Origin: Theionarchaea archaeon
GTDB taxonomy: Archaea > Methanobacteriota_B > Thermococci > Methanofastidiosales > SZ-28-30
NCBI GenBank assembly: GCA_018992685.1
Contig: JACVGT010000003.1
Span: 1-64,000 of the forward strand
Reading direction: 5' to 3'
Length of the DNA: 64,000 nucleotides
Shown: piece by piece, positions 27,952-38,470 of the stretch
Layout: each line of letters begins with the position of its first letter
Position numbering within the stretch: the stretch's first letter is position 1
Position numbers and translations under genes: made by a program
Notes under the pieces: model-generated
What the model was told of the DNA's origin: nothing
The model's input: the letters and a program-made list of their open reading frames with translations, nothing else
Databases searched by the model: none

Positions 27952-30561
27952 TCACACATCCGTCAAGACCACGAATTCCTTTTCCAGTATCCTGTATTCC
28001 TGGTCTGAAAGTGCACCAACATGGAGAGGTAGAATCAGCCTCGAGCGGTTGATGACGACAGTATCTTTGAGGTTGTGCAGCAATTTCACCACCGTTTTGA
28101 ACCCAACCTGGGTGAAGAGATATTCCAGTCCATCCAGCAGAACCACAGATTCTTCACATTTTCTGGTGAAATCCTGTATGATGTAGCTCAGTTTGGGAAG
28201 ATCATCAGGACTTACCGTCTTCTCCATCTCAGACCGAGAAAGCCACAACATCGGAGTTTTCAGGAGGTTGTACTTTGTCCTGATCTTTTCTGGATACTCT
28301 CTGGAGATGACAAACCCTGGTATGCCGTGCGTAACCAGGTCATAGAATATTTCAAGAGAACGGTCTGGCTTCTTTTCTCTCACAATATATCCTTCTGAAG
28401 GATCCAGCACGTGCTTTCTCTCTGTGGTGAGAATCTTTTCTGCCACAGGTTCAACAAGCATTCTCGTCCTGTCGATAAACGCTGCACACATACTTGCCAG
28501 GATTTCAAGGTCTTTGAGATCTTCCTCGCCGATAGCGTCCTTTTCCTTGAGAATCCCAACTGCCAGTGCTGCAAATGCTTCATCCTGTATCACAATGGGA
28601 ACCCATGCGAATGAGGAAGTTCCGGATTCGAATCTCTTGCCTTCTGCCAGTCTGGCGTCCGTGAAGTGAATAGACGTCTTTTCCAGAACGCATCGAACTC
28701 CGTAGTATTCCTTTTCCTGCAGAGGTATTGAAGTCCCGATCTCTGGAAGTCCCGGCCCTCTACCAGAATGAAATACCAGTCTCTTTCTTGAGGGGTCAAC
28801 AAGAAAGACCCCGACCTTCTCGAATCCAAGTTGATTTATGCTTTCAACAATCTTTTCTAACCCTGTTTCCCAGCTTTTCTCCCTCTGGAGCCGCTCTCGT
28901 GCATGAAGGAAAATTTCGATGCGCTGTGATCTCTCTGCAATTCTCTTTTCAAGTTCCAGGTTGAATTTTCGTGTCTGTTCTTCTGCTGTCTTCCGTTCTG
29001 TGATATCAACGACACTGGTCTGCACTGCGGGCCTGCCATCGAATTCAATGCGGGCTGCAAACTGCTCCATCCACCTAACTGTACCGTCTTTCCTGATGAC
29101 ACGAAACTCGTAGCGGGGAGGTGCGTCTTTTCCTTCTAGTCGCTTCTGGTACCGCGTCCAGACCAAATCCTGATCATCCGGGTGAACAGTAGCTTTCACC
29201 CGCTCTGGAGTCAACGAGAGCAGCTCTTCAGGCTGGTAGCCGAGAATCTCTGCAAATGCGGGATTGACGAAAACGAAGCGATACCCCTGAGTAACAATAA
29301 TCCCCTGGAGGGAGTGATCCACCAGGAAGCGATAGTTCGCCTCAGATTCTCTCAGCTTCTTTTCAGCCTCCTTGCGCTCAGTAATGTCTCGGACGACTCC
29401 TCGAAATCCTGATGGTTCTCCTGTGGGAGTCCTCATTAGCGATACCGAAGCTTCAACAGCCCTTCTGGTGCCATCTTTTCTGATAATTTCCCAATCGAAA
29501 GCTCGAGTTGGAGTCCCTGTTCTGTAGACCCTGTTAAACGTCTCATACACAGTCTCAGCAGTTTCACTGTCCATATATTCCCTGTTGTTCATCCCGATAA
29601 GCTCATTTTTTGTGTACCCAAGCATTCTGGACAGCGAATCATTGAGAAACGTAAAATTGCCGGCAATATCCACCTCAAAATACCCGTCTTCGATTTCCTG
29701 GAGAATGGTTCGATATTTTTCTTCACTTCTTCTCAGGGCTTCCTCAGCGCGTTTGCGATCGGTGATATCTCTTTGGACAGAAACAGAGTAGAGGAGCAGC
29801 CCTCCAGGATGCTGTATAGCTTCAACACTGAGTAACACTGTCCTTTCTTCCCCCGTTTTTGAGATGATATTCATTTCTTCGTTCTCAATTTTCCCTGTTT
29901 TCTTCCACCTATCAAAGAGCTTCTCTGCCTTTCTTGCTGAGGATGGCGCATATATTGTAGATATAACGGGTTTTCCAAGAATTTCTTCTTTCTTGTAGCC
30001 AAGTATGTCCAGTGCGGAGGAATTAACGTCGAGGATTATACCCTCAGGAGAAATCATGTAGCAGTAATCAGGTTGATTCTCAAAGAACTGTCTGAACCTT
30101 TCTTCACTTTCCCGTAACGATTCCTTCATTCTCTGCTGCTCAGTGCTATCTCTGGCAACTGCTTGTATGGCACTGACCCCGTTCTTGTGAATGAGAGATG
30201 CTTCAATCTCAACCCAGAGATACTGTCCATTTCTCATCCTCATTCTGGAGGTAAAGGGCTCTCTCACAGATCCTGTTTTCGCAATCTCCTCGATTCGAGC
30301 ACGGGCCTGCGACACCTGATCTTGGTCAAGCAATGAATACAAGGTGAGAGAATCAAGTTCTTCTCTTGAATAGCCAAGCAATTCGAGTGTTGCGTTATTT
30401 ACATCGAGAAATCTGCCTTCTAAATCATGGGTAAAGACGCAATGAAGTGATCCACTAAAAAGAGCCTTATATCTCTCTTCTGATTCCTTGAGGGCCTTTT
30501 CAGTCCTCTGGGCATCTTCCAGGTTGACAACAGGGTGTTTTGGTTCTGATGGGTTCTCCAT
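27952..30561 (-). CDS. PASx4-GAF-DUF835 signalling protein
   Basis: Four PAS/PAC repeats ending in DST/DIT motifs, GAF (WVPIVIQDEAFAAL), DUF835 (ISREYP, WLS, VLLDGLEYL). Confidence 0.88.
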   Translation of the reverse strand: MENPSEPKHPVVNLEDAQRTEKALKESEERYKALFSGSLHCVFTHDLEGRFLDVNNATLELLGYSREELDSLTLYSLLDQDQVSQARARIEEIAKTGSVREPFTSRMRMRNGQYLWVEIEASLIHKNGVSAIQAVARDSTEQQRMKESLRESEERFRQFFENQPDYCYMISPEGIILDVNSSALDILGYKKEEILGKPVISTIYAPSSARKAEKLFDRWKKTGKIENEEMNIISKTGEERTVLLSVEAIQHPGGLLLYSVSVQRDITDRKRAEEALRRSEEKYRTILQEIEDGYFEVDIAGNFTFLNDSLSRMLGYTKNELIGMNNREYMDSETAETVYETFNRVYRTGTPTRAFDWEIIRKDGTRRAVEASVSLMRTPTGEPSGFRGVVRDITERKEAEKKLRESEANYRFLVDHSLQGIIVTQGYRFVFVNPAFAEILGYQPEELLSLTPERVKATVHPDDQDLVWTRYQKRLEGKDAPPRYEFRVIRKDGTVRWMEQFAARIEFDGRPAVQTSVVDITERKTAEEQTRKFNLELEKRIAERSQRIEIFLHARERLQREKSWETGLEKIVESINQLGFEKVGVFLVDPSRKRLVFHSGRGPGLPEIGTSIPLQEKEYYGVRCVLEKTSIHFTDARLAEGKRFESGTSSFAWVPIVIQDEAFAALAVGILKEKDAIGEEDLKDLEILASMCAAFIDRTRMLVEPVAEKILTTERKHVLDPSEGYIVREKKPDRSLEIFYDLVTHGIPGFVISREYPEKIRTKYNLLKTPMLWLSRSEMEKTVSPDDLPKLSYIIQDFTRKCEESVVLLDGLEYLFTQVGFKTVVKLLHNLKDTVVINRSRLILPLHVGALSDQEYRILEKEFVVLTDV

Positions 30562-30931
30562 TTCATTCGCTCCTATCTCTCGAGATAAGCAGTTTATGGA
30601 TTTGCATTGAAATTTATAAATTTTGTTGTGAATACTATGTCATTCGCTTCCCGTTTGGTGGTTTCACCCTGATTGGCACACGTTACGTCATGTACCTTCT
30701 TGATTGACATAGAAAAGAGCAGTATCATACAATATCTGGAAGTCAGTCTATCCGGCAGGACATACGTGAAAGGAGCAGGTAGTGACATACTGGGTTCTGA
30801 GCTCCCCCCAATCTTGAGGGAGAACCCTGCAGAATAATGTGTATGGCAGTGGTAGGAATTCCCAGCAACGGATGGCAGCACGGTTCAGATAGGTTTTTAA
30901 GGTCGTGCTTAAAGCAGGGAGAGGTGATACT

Positions 30932-31996
30932 ATGGATTCACGGATTACTGAACATGCAAAAATTCTGGTAGATTACTCCTGTGAGATTCAGGAAGGGGAC
31001 CATGTGGTGGTCGTGGTGGAGGATTACGGACAGGAACTGGCGAAGGAAATTGTGAAGCTTGTGGCTCAACGTGGTGGAACAACAGTGGTGATACAGCGCC
31101 CACCAGAAATGGAGCGGGCCCTCCTGGATGCTGCTCCTGATGAATATGTAGACAGATTCCCTGATCACCTGTTTGCAATGATTGAGAAGACAGACGCCTA
31201 CATTAAGATCCAATCCACAGGGAATACACGAGCACTGGGAAATGCGTCTTCAGAGAAGTTGGTCAAGTATCAGTTAATGCAGAAACCGTTGAAAGAGGAG
31301 ATCTTGAAAAGAAAATGGTGTGGAACATTATTTCCTACGAATGCACTGGCCCAGGAAGCGGGAATGTCTTTATCCGAGTATGAGGATTTTGTGTACAGAG
31401 CAACATTGAGGGACTGGGAGAAAGAAGCCCAGATCATGTACAAGGTTAAGGAGATTATTGATAAGGGGAAAGACGTTGTGATTGAGGGAGAGGACACGGA
31501 GTTGACCATGAGTATCGAGGGGAGAGTCGCCGTGGCTTCTGTGGGAAAGCACAACATGCCTTCAGGTGAAGTGTATACAGCCCCTGTGGATGATTCCACG
31601 AATGGACACATTTACTTTGATATCCCGCTGGTATACCTTGGTTCATTGATAGAGGATGTACGGTTGATGTTGAAGGATGGCGTGATTGTGGAGAGTTCTG
31701 CTTCGAAGAATGAGGAATTACTGAAGACGCTGATAGAGACTGATGGAGGCTCAAGAAGACTGGGCGAACTGGGAATTGGCACCAACAGAGGGATTGATAG
31801 GTTCACGCAGAACATCCTGTTTGATGAGAAGATTGGGGATACCATACATCTGGCTCTCGGTAATGCGTACAAGGAATGCAATGGAGTAAATGAGAGTGCA
31901 ATCCACATCGACATTGTAAAATCCATGAAGAACGGCAAGATCCTGGTGGACGGTGACATCTTGCAGAAGAATGGGAAGTGGTGCTGGGAACTGTGA
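30932..31996 (+). CDS. Aminopeptidase (M29/AmpS family)
   Basis: NMPSGEVYTAP, LGELGIG, ILFDEKI, HLALG, SAIHID. Confidence 0.93.
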   Translation: MDSRITEHAKILVDYSCEIQEGDHVVVVVEDYGQELAKEIVKLVAQRGGTTVVIQRPPEMERALLDAAPDEYVDRFPDHLFAMIEKTDAYIKIQSTGNTRALGNASSEKLVKYQLMQKPLKEEILKRKWCGTLFPTNALAQEAGMSLSEYEDFVYRATLRDWEKEAQIMYKVKEIIDKGKDVVIEGEDTELTMSIEGRVAVASVGKHNMPSGEVYTAPVDDSTNGHIYFDIPLVYLGSLIEDVRLMLKDGVIVESSASKNEELLKTLIETDGGSRRLGELGIGTNRGIDRFTQNILFDEKIGDTIHLALGNAYKECNGVNESAIHIDIVKSMKNGKILVDGDILQKNGKWCWEL

Positions 31997-32046
31997 CAGG
32001 AGACTGGAGTGATAAGTTTATATGGGTGGGTATCGAAAGGAGATAG

Positions 32047-32119
32047 GCCTCGGTAGCTTAGCTGGTATAGCGGCCGCCTCGTAAGCGGCAGATCGAGGGT
32101 TCAAATCCCCCCCGAGGCT
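32047..32119 (+). tRNA. tRNA-Thr(CGT)
   Basis: GCCTCGG/CCGAGGC acceptor stem, GCCGC-CTCGTAA-GCGGC anticodon arm, TTCAAAT T-loop; upstream TTTATAT, downstream T-run. Confidence 0.93.
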
Positions 32120-32371
32120 CTCAGACCCTGGCTCTTAAGCGCTTCTCTCTTTTTTTTTATGAATTCTAATGCCGTGGAGCTTTTGCAGAAAGCTTTCATC
32201 GCTTACAGAAAGCTTTACAAGCTAAAAAATGTTATAAAGTATGATAACATCATATTTTGACCAGAAAAAGTCACTCATATACTGACAGGCGAAAGAGAAA
32301 GTGTAAGAGGGAGTGCCCCATCTCATTAGAATCATTCGATAGCAACCAGGCACTGCAAGCAGATGGCTACC

Positions 32372-33679
32372 CTACTCTAACCTCTTGTACAGATAGTGGA
32401 TCAGCGTTCCCTCTATGCCAGAGAACTGCTTGAGCATCAATAACAAACCGTTGAAAATCGCAGATTTACCTTCAAAGTATTCTTTAAGACCTAGCAGCCG
32501 GCCAGTTACTTCCTCAAGTTTTTCTCTATCCTTGGATTCTATTCCTTCAATTTCAACTTCTTTGAATCCTTCCAACATCGTATGCAGGTACTTGGAAACA
32601 TGGTTTTCCGCAAATTGGAATCTACCTGAAGGTTCAATATCTTCACAACTGTCCAACAGAAAAGACGTGATATTCACAAAGAAACTGACCTCACAAGGCT
32701 CTAGATCCTTCCGTTCTGCCGGCCGACATTCTATTTCTATGATTTTCTTCACGATCCTCACTATTCTCTCATGATCCATCTCCCGTTCCCACCTCCCGTT
32801 CTTTATGTGTCTCACATAGAAGGAAATTGGTCCTTCTCTTCCCCCGACCTTTCTAGTCCCACTCAAAGGGCGAGTAATGTGATCAGCAGCACGGTTTATC
32901 AGACTAATATTATCAGATCTTGCGATTGCCGCCTCTCCCTTCTCAACTGAACGATCTAGAACAGAAAGAGCACTTATTTCATTATTGGGCTTATAAATGT
33001 TCTCTATGTCATATACTGTGCGGGTCACATTGCCAAATATCTTATCATTGAAGATAGCCATCTCGTAGAGATTCTCAATGCACGCCCTTAATTCTACCAG
33101 GTTCCTAGTAACAGCTACTTGATACAGCAAGGTGTGATACTCCTCATAGGTTTCCTTCCATTTGACTTCATCATCAGTTCTTATTCGTCTCTTGAAATCC
33201 TTAAGAGCAAATTCAATGCTAATCAATTTGCTAACTCCCTCCAATAGGATCATGATGGCAAGAATTGCCAAGGCTATTGTGAAGACATCTGCCCGGAAGT
33301 ACCGGGATCCAGAGATCGTTTCATCAGTGGTACTACTTTGGGAAATGAGGATAGAAGTACAAATGAGTATACATGCAATCATAATGGCGAGGAAAAGCCA
33401 GATTTCCGGGAGTTTCAGGATTCTTCTTGCTAATCCTAGGGGATACTTTGAGCTAGACAGACTGACAAGTGCCAGGCTTATTGCAGGAGATATGGCAAGA
33501 ATGCCGCCATAAACCTGAATTAGAGCACTATTCAGCCATCTAAGATTCGTTGAGAGATCATATGCCTTCAAACTGATGAAATTCCTGTAGCCTATGTTGA
33601 CGAGATAATAGAATACAATGATTGTGATAGAAACAAAGAGAAAAGCAGGAATATTCGATCTTCTCCTCGGGTTTGGCAT
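32372..33679 (-). CDS. Hypothetical membrane protein (DUF2254-like N-terminal TM bundle + helical C-terminus)
   Basis: Four N-terminal TM segments with LVSLSSSKYP pattern; 435-aa ORF. Confidence 0.65.
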   Translation of the reverse strand: MPNPRRRSNIPAFLFVSITIIVFYYLVNIGYRNFISLKAYDLSTNLRWLNSALIQVYGGILAISPAISLALVSLSSSKYPLGLARRILKLPEIWLFLAIMIACILICTSILISQSSTTDETISGSRYFRADVFTIALAILAIMILLEGVSKLISIEFALKDFKRRIRTDDEVKWKETYEEYHTLLYQVAVTRNLVELRACIENLYEMAIFNDKIFGNVTRTVYDIENIYKPNNEISALSVLDRSVEKGEAAIARSDNISLINRAADHITRPLSGTRKVGGREGPISFYVRHIKNGRWEREMDHERIVRIVKKIIEIECRPAERKDLEPCEVSFFVNITSFLLDSCEDIEPSGRFQFAENHVSKYLHTMLEGFKEVEIEGIESKDREKLEEVTGRLLGLKEYFEGKSAIFNGLLLMLKQFSGIEGTLIHYLYKRLE

Positions 33680-34199
33680 GGGCTCATAATAACGGGAAGA
33701 TTCTTAAGTCTTTTGCCTCTCTTGTGTCAAGCTAGCCTCGCCAAAACTAGCTTCTATTGTATCCATGATCACTTATCTTTCGGGAGTAGTGTAGAGAAAC
33801 CACCATAAAATACATAACATTCCGGGACATTCTTTCAATATAAGGTAGCATACACATTGTGTAGGTTATTAGCAAAGTAGCCAGAGTGGTTTGATGTCTG
33901 CTAGAATTAAGAATCAGAAAGCAAGAACTGCTGAGAGACCTGTCTGGCCGGAACTTGATGCGGTCCCGAAGAAACGGTTCCATGGAGCGGTAAATATCCG
34001 CGGCATCCGATATCAGATATTATATTCAATCCTTCGCGGATTAGATAATCGAATACGATATTTCTAGCTACCTGACTAGATATCAATTGATCTGAGGTGT
34101 GTCTCCAGAATATTCGGAAGATTTGTAGTACTCTAACCTGTGTGTGGGTAAATTCAATGGATATTTCGGTAACTTCCATGCACATTGTTCTTTTGCTAG

Positions 34200-35696
34200 T
34201 TAATCTGTTCTTTTCTTTTGAATGAAGAAATAAAAAATGATAAGAATTCCAATTAATGCTCCAATAAGAATCATAATTGAAAGTGGTATACCAGGTGTAG
34301 TCTCAGGTGATTTGGTCTCAGGTGGGGTTCCAATCTCAAGAATTCTTTCCTGAATTTCCTGAGACTTTGAAATGTCACCCTTTTTTTCATTTAATTCTAC
34401 AGCTTTCTTAAATGATGTGATGGCTTGATCTTCGTCTCCCCTAAGCAAAAAGGAATTGCCCTGTTCTACAAATGAATCTGGATCGGATGCCAAAGCGAGA
34501 ACCTCCCCTCCTACCTTACCAATAACAAGGATACCGTCACCTATAGCAGGGGGGGCTTTTATGTAGAATGGAGATGCCAGGTCAAGATTCCACAATGTGT
34601 TACCATCTTCCATATTGAAGGCTACTATACTCGATTTGGTGATAGATGTATCTCCATAATTTCCAATGCAATAGAGGATATCTCCTGCTCCTATGAGGTG
34701 AGTTTCGTAATACTGGAGAGATGCCTCCCACTTTGTTTTCCAGATGAGGTTTCCATTGAAGTCTACTTTATACAGATTATCTTCTTCATCAACAAAATAC
34801 ACTGCATCCAGTCCCAAGACGAGGTTAGATGTAATGTATCCTTCAGGAAAGAATACCCAACGCTGGGTTCCATCGCGATTAAATGCCCACAAATTTTTGC
34901 CTCCACAATAGATGGTATTGTCTTTAAGAGAAAGCCAACGAGCCCAATGAAGAGGGGATGTTTCCCACTTGAGGGTACCTGTTTGTGTATCCACTGCAAG
35001 GAGCCGCATACCATCCCTTCTCATGATAAGGAATGTCAAAGATTCATCACCTGTCAGGCCGAATGGTTCCAAATCGGGATCTGTAATGGTATCATTTAGA
35101 TTCCATAATACATGAAAATCAGACCTGGAAAGGCATGTAGCTGGAACACATGGGACTATTAATCTATCTTCCAGTACCAGAGGGTATATGTTAAATAGTG
35201 GGTAGGACCCTTTTTCTGGGATGGAAGCCAAAAAATGAGTTTTTCCTGTGTCGAGATCGATCTCATTGAGAGTATCAATGCCTATTCCAAAAATTCGACC
35301 TCCAGCGGGAAAAACTTGGAAGATAAGATGTGGATCTGCTTCGTATAGAATTTCCCCTGTCAATAGATCAAAAAGAAATACTTTTGTCCTACTTAGATGG
35401 TACATGCTGTCTTTCCAGAGAATTAGAACCTTATTATCTATAATAAAGGGCGATGTATCAAAATCTCCGGGAATATTTCTTTTCCATAATACAATAGGCA
35501 TATCAGGTCCACTATCTGGTGAATAAGCAGTTCGGTTTACATCTCCTAACCAGTCAATGCATTCAGAGTGTCCACTATCCGTGTTGTTCGGGATATAGAT
35601 ATCCGGAAAGATACAAAAAATGGCCATTACGGCTAAAAATTTCTTTCTGTTTTTTATTTTATTTCCTCCAGTAGAATGATCTCTTATATGCATCAT
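34200..35696 (-). CDS. PQQ-like beta-propeller (BamB-like) protein with TPR-like segment and C-terminal TM anchor
   Basis: Repeated xDxxTGxxxW motifs, signal-like N-terminus, PET linker, TM + KKR tail. Confidence 0.8.
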   Translation of the reverse strand: MMHIRDHSTGGNKIKNRKKFLAVMAIFCIFPDIYIPNNTDSGHSECIDWLGDVNRTAYSPDSGPDMPIVLWKRNIPGDFDTSPFIIDNKVLILWKDSMYHLSRTKVFLFDLLTGEILYEADPHLIFQVFPAGGRIFGIGIDTLNEIDLDTGKTHFLASIPEKGSYPLFNIYPLVLEDRLIVPCVPATCLSRSDFHVLWNLNDTITDPDLEPFGLTGDESLTFLIMRRDGMRLLAVDTQTGTLKWETSPLHWARWLSLKDNTIYCGGKNLWAFNRDGTQRWVFFPEGYITSNLVLGLDAVYFVDEEDNLYKVDFNGNLIWKTKWEASLQYYETHLIGAGDILYCIGNYGDTSITKSSIVAFNMEDGNTLWNLDLASPFYIKAPPAIGDGILVIGKVGGEVLALASDPDSFVEQGNSFLLRGDEDQAITSFKKAVELNEKKGDISKSQEIQERILEIGTPPETKSPETTPGIPLSIMILIGALIGILIIFYFFIQKKRTD

Positions 35697-35974
35697 AATT
35701 ACCACCTTCCTCTCTCTGAACTATGGCTGGTCCCATTTCCACATTTCGAGAAGCGCTTCAAGCTTTCTTTCCCAATGGAAGAAAAGAGAACTGGTGGTTA
35801 ACATGCCTGAGATTCTACGTATGCATGATATTTATATGTTTTTCCTATTGTTGCTAGTGCATTTTTTACAAGTATTTCCGTACGAATGACTCCTTTGTTA
35901 TCTATCCTATTTTCTCTTTTCGGACGAAGAAATAGGAAATATTCAACCTGTTGAATGCAGTCCGTATCAGGACA

Positions 35975-36115
35975 GAGGGGTGACTGTCGTTCCAGCCCTG
36001 CAGCATTCCCCAGTCTCCTGAATACTGCAGTCACTCCTGCAGGTGAAAGTGGCTTGTGAGATCCTTCATTCATGTAAAACCATAGGGGAGCTGAAGGATT
36101 ATCAGTGTCCTCAGC
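35975..36115 (-). pseudogene. Tyrosine recombinase/integrase remnant
   Basis: Reads DTDNPSAPLWF...KPLSPAGVTAVFRRLGNAAGLER then, after a frameshift, VTP. This matches the segment preceding the HxxR box of archaeal integrases; the rest of the gene is absent. Confidence 0.5.
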
Positions 36116-36158
36116 TCTGATGTCCGGGAAGCCCTTCGACAAGCCCCTGCTCTCCATC

Positions 36159-37316
36159 TCAATCCTCTTCAAGTCTGTGCAGCACCTTCTTGAATGCTGA
36201 TGATTCACGCAGATTATCAAAAGCCTTTTCAGTCTGTAACTTGCTGTAAAATTCTCTTTTGTCCTGGACGGTGTCAACCGCTGCAGATAATCGTTCGAGA
36301 GCCAGATCATATTCTCTCATGATTGCAAAAGCAGAGGCAGCATAAAAATTATAACCACTTGAAAGAGGCTCATTTTCTTTTTCACTTAATAGAATCGCTC
36401 TTTTGAACCAAAAAGCAGCTTTTTCAGGGTTGTGCAATTCAGTCATGCAATAATACCCAAAAAACAGGTCATTCTGTAACGATTCAAATAAAAACCCGAA
36501 GTAAAAATATTCATCACATAAATACTCAAATCCTACTTTTTGATTTGTCTTGATAGAAGGTACATTCCCGTGATAGCATTCCCAAATAGTGGTTAACCCT
36601 TTCTTGAGAGCTTCTTCAGCCATTGCACAGGCCACCAATGTAGCAAATCCTCTCCTCCTGTACTGTTCATGAGTCCCCACGGCGAGTTCACACCCGGTAG
36701 ATGTCACAAATTTCGTGATGCACCCTGAGACAATTTTGTGGGTTGCATCTTCTTCCACATAGTACGCGAACCCATCCTTCAGAAAGTGTTCAAAAGATTT
36801 CCATGATGCTAGCTTATCAAAGGCAGAGACACCTGGTGTGGTGAATACATCATCTGTCTGTACACGGTGTAGTGTGAACCCAGGAGGAACAGCCTCTCTC
36901 CACCGTGGTTGCAGTGTTCTAAAAGTAGCAGCATTCAATATGTAGTAAGAATCTCTATCTTTAAGAGTAGTTTCACCTTTGAAGATTTCTCGCAATGCTG
37001 ATTCCCACGCACTGCTGCAGTACGCCTGGAAAGCATCTAACCCTTGGGTAATACTTACAGGCTTAATCGTGTCGACAAAGTAGTCGTGTAGCTCTGAATT
37101 AAAAGTGGCGTTGTCACAGCGCCCCGCCAAATACAGCAATGCTTCATCACCTGGTGCACACCAGACTGCTGCAGTCTGTGGGCTCTCTATTCTGTCCACA
37201 AAGATCTTACCATCACATTTCTCTTCTATGACTGCTTCCATAGCTAGATGGTGGTCTCTCGATGGAAATAGATGCAGTATCTTCCTTTTGTCATTTTCGA
37301 GTTCGTGTAGTGACAT
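36159..37316 (-). CDS. GNAT family acetyltransferase with C-terminal TPR-like helices
   Basis: THEQYRRRGFA motif A, NVPSIKTNQKVGF; C-terminal FYAASAFA...ALERL. Confidence 0.85.
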   Translation of the reverse strand: MSLHELENDKRKILHLFPSRDHHLAMEAVIEEKCDGKIFVDRIESPQTAAVWCAPGDEALLYLAGRCDNATFNSELHDYFVDTIKPVSITQGLDAFQAYCSSAWESALREIFKGETTLKDRDSYYILNAATFRTLQPRWREAVPPGFTLHRVQTDDVFTTPGVSAFDKLASWKSFEHFLKDGFAYYVEEDATHKIVSGCITKFVTSTGCELAVGTHEQYRRRGFATLVACAMAEEALKKGLTTIWECYHGNVPSIKTNQKVGFEYLCDEYFYFGFLFESLQNDLFFGYYCMTELHNPEKAAFWFKRAILLSEKENEPLSSGYNFYAASAFAIMREYDLALERLSAAVDTVQDKREFYSKLQTEKAFDNLRESSAFKKVLHRLEED

Positions 37317-37610
37317 GGCATCCTTCCTCCAGTGTTATTGGCTCCTTTTATAACCTTCTTTATTAAGAGTAAAGTGTCAGCAGACAATAGTGTGGTATTT
37401 TTCTCTTTTCTAAAGCCCTGGAGAATTCACTGGTTTTGTCTCTCATGAAAAGACATAGTAGGTACCTATATATAGATGCAGGGGAAGATACGTAGGGTAA
37501 AACAGGAATTTCTTGACAGATAACAAACATATTGAATTGAACCTTTCTTCTTCTTTTCTTTCTTTCCGCAATCCAGGTCTTAGGTCATCTGATTCAGAGA
37601 TAACAACCGA

Positions 37611-37979
37611 TTATTTTTCCACAAACCAATTCAAGGGTATTTTAGCATGCGTATGACCACGAGATGCGTGTTCCCCTATATTCCAACGAATTTCATCCCG
37701 ATCTCCCATGGTGCTAAAAACAAGCATCCAGTAATAAGAATCATCCTGGAACAGAAGGACATCCTCTTTGAAGATTACACTGACATGTGATACGTTTTGG
37801 GCGTAAACAATCCCATTTCTTACCCACAAACACTGTGCATCAGTAGCATATCCCTCATTCCCACTACCATGGACCACCCTTACCGGCTGCCCATTCATGA
37901 TAGCCTTAATTAATGTGGTAATGCTTCCTGCAGTTCTATTGCCATCCTTGTCGTGGCTGTATGCCAGGTTCCATCCCAT
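37611..37979 (-). CDS. Hypothetical protein (122 aa, aromatic/beta-rich)
   Basis: Strong SD GGAGGTGA before ATG 37979; protein-like composition. Confidence 0.75.
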   Translation of the reverse strand: MGWNLAYSHDKDGNRTAGSITTLIKAIMNGQPVRVVHGSGNEGYATDAQCLWVRNGIVYAQNVSHVSVIFKEDVLLFQDDSYYWMLVFSTMGDRDEIRWNIGEHASRGHTHAKIPLNWFVEK

Positions 37980-38008
37980 ATTTGTCACCTCCTCTCTTTC
38001 CTAAGATT

Positions 38009-38149
38009 CTATAGTATTTCTATCTGCTGAGGACTTGGAATTCGGACATAATCCCAATTGATCGGATTATTTTTCATATTATGTCCTTTGAAAATCGAAT
38101 CATATACAATTATGCATGTATCCCTCCAAAGTGATTTAGTATCTCGCAT
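38009..38149 (-). CDS. Possible 46-aa small protein
   Basis: AAGGAGGTGAT directly before the ATG; ends 30 nt upstream of the next gene. Confidence 0.3.
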   Translation of the reverse strand: MRDTKSLWRDTCIIVYDSIFKGHNMKNNPINWDYVRIPSPQQIEIL

Positions 38150-38470
38150 ATCACCTCCTTTGTTCTTTATCTTTCTTCTTATTTAAATTTTGGGTTTGTT
38201 CTCTTTTGTACAAGCGTTAATTTTGCTTTCTCATTACATGATTTTTTGAAAGGATGCCTATGGTTTCATGACAGATGAATGTTCATAGTTTCTGTATCTC
38301 ACTTTCGGAGAAGCAAATCAAAATAGAATCAGTTCAAAATGAAGGCAGAAACTGAGAAAGCCAGTCTATGAGAAACAATTTTCCCCATTGTCAACCTGCA
38401 ACTCCGGTATCGTATGCTTCCTCAATTTCCACTCAACCTACAACGGTGGTCTTTGCCTGTATTTGATTCC

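Noticed and set aside
30610-30623. Perfect palindrome AAATTTATAAATTT
   Set aside because: Adequately explained as an AT-rich TATA region of the PAS-DUF835 promoter
23389-32119. The two tRNAs as ends of an integrated element
   Set aside because: They are different tRNAs, no duplicated att sequence was found, and the genes between them look like core archaeal genes
33747-34185. Two short minus-strand ORFs (78 and 92 aa)
   Set aside because: No SD or motifs and not protein-like; probably spurious or decayed sequence
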